A stretch of 64,000 bases of DNA from Botryllus schlosseri (lineage: Eukaryota), in assembly GCA_051294905.1 (NCBI GenBank), contig CM119385.1, positions 8,990,001-9,054,000 of the forward strand. Reading direction: 5' to 3'. The first letter of the stretch is position 1. Every line of letters starts with the position of its first letter. Below, piece by piece: positions 27,101-36,100 of this stretch. Below the pieces are notes generated by a model that worked only from the letters and a program-made list of their open reading frames with translations, did no database searches and was not told where the DNA came from. The position numbers and the translations under genes were made by a program.

Positions 27101-30100
27101 CTGAATAACATCATGCCATAGGAGATATTTACAGGGACAAATCTTAACCTGTTGAATGACATAGCATCGTCCTGTGTTATGACACCATGAAAGCAGTGGA
27201 TTCCAGCTCATTTTTTAAAACTTACGTACTTAACAACTGTGAAACCCAAAAATCGATGTATCGCGTCAAATAATTTGTATTTTAGCGCCAATACTTTATT
27301 TCAGATCAATCTTCTGACGTGCAGGAAGGTCTTATCGCTTCCATTGCACTTTCAAAGAAGAAGATCAAGTCTGAGCAAAGTCTAACTCATGGGAAACATG
27401 AAGTAAGAATCAAATCAATATTGATCAATAGGGTCCATCAAACCACTAGGTGTCGCCAGACTTTGGGTTGTAACCGCAGTTGTTACGTACGCGATACCGT
27501 TGTCAGAAACCTGTAGGCTGCTTTCCAGACTGTAAATAATGGCTACAACGTGCTCTACTTGGACAGTGAGCTCGTTAAAGGATGAATTAAAACTTCGGAA
27601 CAACGGCGGTTAACACCCAAAGTCTGGCGACACCTAGTGTTTGATGGACCCTATTGGAAATAACTTCTGTGTGGGGGCTCCTTTCTCACTTGCCAAATAT
27701 TTAGTAGGATGACTTTGACAGTGGTAACACCCAATTGTAAATTGTGACTCCGACTCTGCCCCTGTTTCACAACTCGATTTTGAAGTGGAGATTCCCACGT
27801 CCTACTCCTTCAAACATTGGCATCTTTTAGACAAGTCCAACTCATAACGTAACGGATACTACTACACCCTGCAATTTGACTTTCCCGAGGATCGTTTTTG
27901 CGGTTTTCTGACAGATTACATCTTTTCATTATTTGTGATTGCAACACTGACATTGTGCTTTGTAGGAAACTGAAAATGGAGACGGGGATAAGGAAAAAGA
28001 TGTCAGCCCGCGTAATGAATACTTGGGTGAACCTCTATCAAAGATGACACAACCGATTGTGTCATACTCGTAAAGTTGCATTTAATTCTTTCCGTTTTCT
28101 GTTAATAACATCTTCTTATCAATGACAGTGTCGTTAAGACATACTTCATCCTCTCCAAGCAGCTGGAACAGGTGAAAAGGTACTGGAGCACGAGGAAACT
28201 ACCGCAACACGGAATTAGCACCATGCCTATTTCCATGTGAGTTGATCCATCGAATGAAGATATCATTATGGATTGTTCTGCCATAGTCTTATGGATTCGA
28301 CTAATGAAATGATTTGATTTGCAGTGATGCGGAGAGAACATACATCGCAGAGATTTACATACCTGTCTTGCAAATCTTGGCCAGAAAGATTGGAGTTGCC
28401 GATCGTTATGACAACCAGGCCTCCCTTGATGAGATGCCACCGTCCCCTCCCAATACTCCGGAAATCACACTGAAAGCAGGCCAGGTAACAATCCCCTTCT
28501 TACTAAATATCTCCTGAATTCAAACAAGGAGATTAGTAATGCAGATGATGTCTATGTTTTACATTTGAAATAAAATTGCATGTTGTAATGAGCCCGAATA
28601 TTTTCGGCTGACACTCGTCGGGTAATCGTCCGCAACTGGTAGAGAATTGGAAAAAAACATTGTATATCAACAATCGTATCACAAAATACGATAAAACCAG
28701 CATGAAATTTTGGATAATCGTGGCGAAGAGAGATTATAAGCTTGATGTACTATTATTACTACTGGTACCCGAACTCCTGTACCAACAATCAATACTAGTC
28801 AGCCCTCTAGTTAACGGGACCACGACCTGACATATCGATCTCGCCTTCCGTCGCATGCCACCTCTTTTTGTCGCTTGTCCTTCTGCATTATCTTCTTCTA
28901 CTTTTCATTTAGTGTGCAACTGAGCATGCTCCTTTTTTTACATCGCCTAGGCAGCGGTGGGTGTCTGATTTTGAAGACTAACTCAAGTCGTTTCTACACC
29001 TTCCTATCTTTCATTGTGTCGCAGTCTTGAGATGTTTTGAAAGGATGAAATTGTTAGCAATAAATTGAATTGAGTCTGAAAGCAGCACATTAAGCTTAAG
29101 CTATCACCACGATTATTTGAAATGTCATCCCGGTGACGTCATATTGTGTAATACGATTGTTGTTATACAACGTTCTTTCAAATGCTCCACTAGCTGCTGA
29201 CGATTACGCCTGATTCAGGTTCATATCAATATGAATTCAGTTGTATAGTGAAGTTCTGCACCTCCAAGAAGCTCTTCAAATATTTGAAATAAAGATAGGA
29301 CATGTGTCGACTGTCGATATCACTAATTTGTCAATGGATAATATTCAGTTGAATAAATACATTCCAAATTTGAATTGCATGACTCAATGAACAGAACACA
29401 TGGCAATAACTATCCAGCGTGCGTAGGTGGTCAGTGATGAAGTAAATCTACTTTTCAGAGTATTCAAGTGTTTACTTAAGTTTTAGCAGTAAATCTGAGG
29501 GGGCTATGAAATTGCAAAACTTATCTTCACGACTAATGATACTACTAATGAAGAGAATCTTCGAAAGTATATTTGGCTATCTCGATAAAAAGGTTGTTAG
29601 GCTTGGTTTTTATCACAATTTCACTCGTACGATCTTATCCCAAATGCACTATCTACATTTCAAAATCTTTAGAAGCGTCATGTGGTATTGGAAATAGTCT
29701 AAAATCACCACCACTTAAGTAAGTAAGTAAGCACACTCCACCCCTATCCTTTTGCTTTCTTCCTCAAGTGACCCTAACTCGAACTGTTTCCACTCCAGCT
29801 TTGTCGACTTCTGGAAGCGATCGAGCTGCAAATGCTTCGCGAGCTACGTCAGAAAATTCAACAGGAGACCGCACTGGTGCTGGCCGAAAGGTCTCGGGAG
29901 GAAACCGCACTGCCGACGGATTTGTGGAAAAGGGGCCAAATCAAGGAGACCCTGTCGATCGGAAGGCCGACTCTTGTTCAAGATTTCCTACACGAGTACG
30001 GCTTTGTGTGTAGCTTCTATTAAAACATTGTTCAAACGTTTCTCTTGCTGAAGGCTTCTTGGAGATTACGAAGAGAAAGGCAAAGTGATATCATTCAACG

Positions 30101-33100
30101 CAGATCACCTTAATCAATGTGTTTTCAATCTGGCTTCGGCTGCCATGAATAGGTGTGGAGATTTTTGTGAAACTTTATAATGATATTGTGTAAACATTTG
30201 AGGTATTCAAAAAAAGCTTGCACAAAAAGCGTTGCACAAGCACACTAATTTTGGCTCAATTCCAACCTATAGAAGCATTACTAGATAAGAAAACAGTTTT
30301 GGATTTATTGAAAATAAATATTAATTTTCAAAAATTTTATTGGCTACCCCATGAAATTGCTAGGCTGTCTCAAAAAACGAATCACAACAGATTTGGCTCA
30401 ATTCCAACCAGTAGAAGCAAAGTTATTTGTGTACAAAAAGTTTGAATTTGAAAAGAAAATAGTATTTTCGGTGGGTAAATTCTTTCATTATTTATTATGG
30501 GATCCACCCACCGTAGATACTATAGTTGGAAATCCAAAGAATTGAATATCAAACAGCAGAGGGGGTCAAGTAGTCACCGTTAGTGCTCAAGTAGAAGTAG
30601 CGGTAGTAGTACTGAAGTAGCAATTTTCAAGAAAGTAAAAAGTCACCCATTTTTGACCTGGTTTTGCTTGAAAAAAAAATACGAAAACTGTAAAGTCAAG
30701 TATAGGTAGTGTAAAATCATAAGCACTTGAGTAAGTAGGCAAAATCTACTTGAGTAATTTGAGAATGTAGAAGTACCTTTGGTAAACAGAAATTGGCAAA
30801 TCCAGCGAATTGATAAAAGATTGTGCTGCCTTCGTAGATACAGAAATCACTGTTTTACAATGGCGGTTGTCCGGTGTACTTTACAGGGAAAAGCACATCT
30901 ACGAGTTGTACTCTACCTTTTACGAAAACCTCCTGCGGCATCATCATCACCTCTTGTACCAGAAGGAGAGAGAAGTCGAGACGGTTCGTCTGGAACGCTC
31001 GGAAGCGACTGGTAGCCGAATTAACGCTCAGGTAAAATTTTTTATAGAAATCAATCTCATTTTTATGATTTTGACTCGAGTCAAGTCGAGTCATTTTCAA
31101 TTCAAGTCCGAGTCAACGTCAACTAGCCGAGGGTCGAGTCCAAGTCATTGTGTTCCCTGTTCACTTTTCAGTTCAGATCGTGGTCAACCTTTTATTTTCA
31201 CAACTCTGCTTGGGTGATATTGAATGCCTCGCATATATTGATATGCTCATTTTCCCACTCTAAAGAGTTTACGAATGATATAGTAACTTTACTATTACTC
31301 GAAGTGAAAATGAAATGGACGATATAGGCTGTCCTAGTCTCTAGTCATATGACTTGGTCAAGTCATGCGCAATGACTGGAGTACAGGTCGAGTCAATACA
31401 CAAATTAACTCGAGTCGATTCCTTTTTCGTATTTAAGGAAAATGACTCGAGTAAAGTCGAGTCACCAATTGGTATGAATTTTTGTATGTGTAAGATTTCT
31501 TTCCCATTAGTTTGTACTTTGCGCAACGTTCAAAGGTACAGTTTTTCTAGCTTCGCACTGTTGCGTCTGGTTTTCGTAACTGGTTTTCCAAAAGTTCGCG
31601 ATTGGCGTGAGTGATATAAATACTGATAATGGCACGTTTCTCGCTTAGTTTCAACTGGCTGACGACAATCGAGACTTAATTGTGGAAGTCACGGCTTTGC
31701 GAGCGGCTGTAACCGAAACCAAAGCACGCCAAGAGGAAAGAGAGGCTCTGATTCGGCAGAAAGCACGGGCTCAGTACCAGGTTTGTTCGCGTATATCGTA
31801 CCTGAATCGCTCCCGGTATCTCTCGATCTCTCCCTTCCAGGACTTGGTGAAAAATCTGTTCCAAGAGTGCCTCAGGATGAAGCAGAAGCTTGCGGAAAAT
31901 CAAATGTCGCTGTACGAAGATGTGGCGTCTCTGGTTGCGGAGAGTAAAAATGAATCGCTCAATATGTTGAAGGCGCTACGTCACGAGGCCAGCAACGTTT
32001 CGCCAGAAGACAGATTAAATAAGTTGACTGAGAAGGTGAATTTTTCTTGAAGAGGTTGAAGAATGATGAGAGACAGTAAGCAAACTGTTTTCGACATACT
32101 TGCAATGAGATTAGAGACTTGGTAATGTTGAATATCCAAACACTTCATTCCTTGGTAATAAAATAATCAGGCAATGTTTTTATTCGGTGAGAGAAAAAGA
32201 ATTTGTGAGAGCTTGAGTAGTGCTGACTATGCTCTTCCCAGGTACAGTACATGGTATATCAACTTATAATTTTTGAAATTTGCAATTTTTTCTTGAATAT
32301 CTGATGAATATCTCGATAAAATCGATATAGTCTGCCGATATGAAAATATGACATATTTCAATTAGAATTTCCAATTAGTATCTGTAATTTGAGAAATATA
32401 TTCCAAATATATTTCATAAAACTCCAGTTGACTTAGAATATGGTACTTCCACTTATGGTCCTGATAAATTAATCCAGCAGTGCTGAAGACATTCCCACTT
32501 AGAACAATTGTAGCAGTTAGATGTCATTGAACAGACCGATAACTATCAAGCGGAGTTAGCCAATACTGACATTTTTCTGGAAACCGATATCTGTTAGGCT
32601 CCACTGATAAAACCCAAAGTAGTTTAACGTTCATTAGGGTGATCAGTTTCAAATCAAATACGTTTATGGCGTTTGGCAATTAGTCACGGCAAAAAATATA
32701 ACGTCTTATCCCTATCTACTTCCAGGACGAAAAGATGAGATTACTTCAAGCCGAGAATGGGAAACTGAAGAAAACCATCAAAAAGCTCCAAGCCATCCAT
32801 CACTGGAGACGAGTAGCGATGAAATTCCGACACAGCCGTGACAATTCCGATCTTTTCGCTGAATTCATGGAGTGAGGCTTGGCACGCTATTCTATTTTGG
32901 TATTTAAGTTGGTCACCTGAAAGGAACCGCAAAAATTGATAACGTTTAAATGGAGATTGCCAGTGTCTTCGATTTGATATCTTGAAGAAGATTTAAGCAA
33001 TCATTTGTACGCTATTACCTATCTACGACAGTTTCATACCTGTATTGTACAATTCTTTATTAAATTAAAATTAACAATTCATGCGTCAGATGCAAAAAAG

Positions 33101-36100
33101 ATCTGGAGAGCACCGAGCTCACTTCCATGCAAGACAGGACTATTTTAGAGGAGCAATTGCAATGCGCTCGGAAAGCTGTTGAAAAGGCGAGTCTCGACCT
33201 GCACCAAGCATACAATCAACTCGAGCGCGAGCGAGAAGAACAAAAGGAGAGACTTTATCGAGAAGCGAAGCAGGAACAGAAAAGGTAAAAGCTTGTGTGT
33301 TGGGAATGGTACCATCTCGTCCCCGATGGACTGTTAATTCCTAATGATGCTTCCAATTTTGTGTTCAGTGCATGAAAACTTTTCTATCATTTTTTTTCTA
33401 TATATTTTCTACAAGGATTTTCACTGAAGATGAAGGAATTTTTTTCAGTTTCTACTTGGAATGAATACATCAACTTTAATGTTTTGTCATCACCGTTTAT
33501 CGTCATTATCATTGTCTTTTAGAAAACATTTGTCGGAGGTGCAGAAGAAGAACTTGCAGCGACTTGGTACTGAACTTGTAGAAAAAGACAAAAGGTTAAC
33601 CACCTTTTTGGCTGAAAAGGAGAAGATGGAAGTTGCAAGTGATGCGTGGCAATCAAAAACCCGCAGGTATGCTGGATACAAATTGCACTGTGACCGAGTG
33701 CTCCAAGTACGCTTAGCTAATATTATTAGAACTTGATATATGGAGTTTTCAGGTACTGATAGAGAGAGCACAATGAGCTCCTTATCACATACGATCACAC
33801 CAATGTAACATATTGTGTGGAATAATTACATGAGTCGCAGGAAAAGTGCTACTTGTAGTAGAATGTAAGGTGGAAATTTCGAAATCTAGCTGCAACAAAC
33901 AAGTGATTTCAACTAGCTGAACATTCAAATCTGTCTTTAGTTTGTTCTCGTGGACTGCCGAACAAAAACCATTGATTAGCAGAGGTGAATAGTTAAATAG
34001 GTGGATTTTGGGTTACAATAACTTTCGATTTTATAAATTCCATGTAAAAATTTCAAATTTGAGTTTGCTTCTCACCATACTAGAAAAATGTAATTAAAGA
34101 TCTTGTTTCGGAATCCTGCGCCAAAATCTGCTACTCACGACCACTCTAAATACAATATCCAAATCCACGTACAGACTTGCTCATGATATTGGGTTGTTTC
34201 ATGCCAAATGAAATAAGTTGAAGCGAGCCCTAATCTCCGCTTTGTGCATTACTCAACATGCCTGATATCACACAGAGAAAAACTAAATGTGATATCCTTG
34301 TTCTTCTGTATATTTTTTCCTTCTAAAGAATTTAATAGTTAATAATGTGTGCGGCATGTCAAAAAACAATGCAGATACTTCATCAAAGCACCTTGACGGT
34401 GTTGATGAAAGTAATCTTTCGTCCTTCCTTACTTACTGTCTAATTGATCGTAATTTCTTGCTACAGAGATGTGCAAAAATACCAGCAACAATTGATGGTC
34501 GATAGATCCTTGAAGCTTGAAGCATTTAACCGAATTGACGATCTGCAAGCTCATATTTGGGACTTTGAGCATGTGAATGCAACGCCACAAACCCCAGGTC
34601 GAATCGCAAGCTCGGGAATAGGTGAGTTGTCCCACACCAAATCTACCAATGGATATAGGCTACTACTTTCTGTGTGATTATCTCTTACTACTATCTCTCT
34701 CTCTAGTAGTTTCCCTAAACGCATGAGCGATCTCGTCTTCTTGTTGTTGTGATTGTGCGACGTGCGTGTATGTATGTATTGGCACCCACGTCTTGTGAGT
34801 TGTTGGAGCAATAGGGATTAGGCTAGTCGATACAACTGTTCTTTTGTATTTCTGTTTAAACATTTATTACGGTATTTAACCTATGAATAAATGCAAAGTT
34901 GCACATGATCAAACTTAATACAACAGTATCGTGGCTTCTCATGAGGACACCAATCTGATTGAAATCAGCATCGTGGCCGCCTCCCGAGCATCATTGAATG
35001 CCATTGAAGTTGTCTCCTGGGACGATGTAAAGCGCAGTACGGCATACGATCCTGTTCTCAGTGAGTTAAAAAATCACATCATATCAGGATTCCCAGACAA
35101 ATCGGACAAACTGCCTTTTCAACTACAATCATATTGGCGGTACCGCGACGACCTTTCGATCGTAGACGATGTTGTCATGTATAATGACCGGATTGTCGTT
35201 CCCCCGCCGCTGCGAGGGGTTATCTGTGAAATCTTACACTCGGCACACCAAGGGACTGCTGCCATGTCACAGAGGGCGCAGGCCACAGTATTTTGGCCTG
35301 GGATGACTGAGTGTATAGCACGTACACGAGCACGTTGTGACAACTGCAGTAAAATGGCACCGAGTCAAGCATACATGCCTCCGGCCGAGCCATTCATACC
35401 GACCTACCCTTTCCAAGCTGTTGCCGCTGATTATTGCACCGCTGCAGGCCACCACTATTTAGTCGTTGTTGACCGCTTCAGCAACTGGCCAGAGATATTC
35501 CATGTGAAGCACGGTGGGCAAACGTCTGGAGCCCTCGGACTCCAAGATGCATTACGAAGTTACTTCGGCACGTTTGGTGTGGCCGAAGAACTTAGCAGTG
35601 ACGGGGGACCCGAGTTTGCTGCCCACAGCACTCGGGAATTTTTTCGAAAATGGGGGGTGCGCCACAGGCTGTCGTCAGCCTACCACTCCAGGTCAAATGG
35701 CCGCGCGGAGGCTGCGGTGAAATCGATGAAACGACTCCTTCTCGGCAACATTTCGCAGGATGGCAGCATCCGGACCGATGCAATTACTCGGGCATTGCTA
35801 CAGTTTCGCAATTGCCCCGACCCTGCGAATGGACTCTCCCCTGTAGAAATAGTATTTGGCAGGACTTTGAAAGATGCGTTGCCGATCAAAGCATGGGTTC
35901 CAGTTTTCACACAGCGCAACATCAGGCCATTATGGAGGAATCTCTGGCAGAGGCGCGAGCAAACGTTACGTACCAGATTTGCGAAGCAGCTGGAATCTCT
36001 GTCGTTGAACACTAAGCCATTATCACCACTTCTTGAAGGTGATGTCTGTCGCATTCAAAACCAAAACGGTCGTTATCCCCTTCGCTGGGACAGAACCGGC

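Noticed and set aside
29752-30051. Three overlapping open plus-strand frames (dual coding)
   Set aside because: Only the LRELRQKIQQET...LPTDLWK frame fits CCDC162; about 190 nt without stops in a GC-richer exon is unremarkable.
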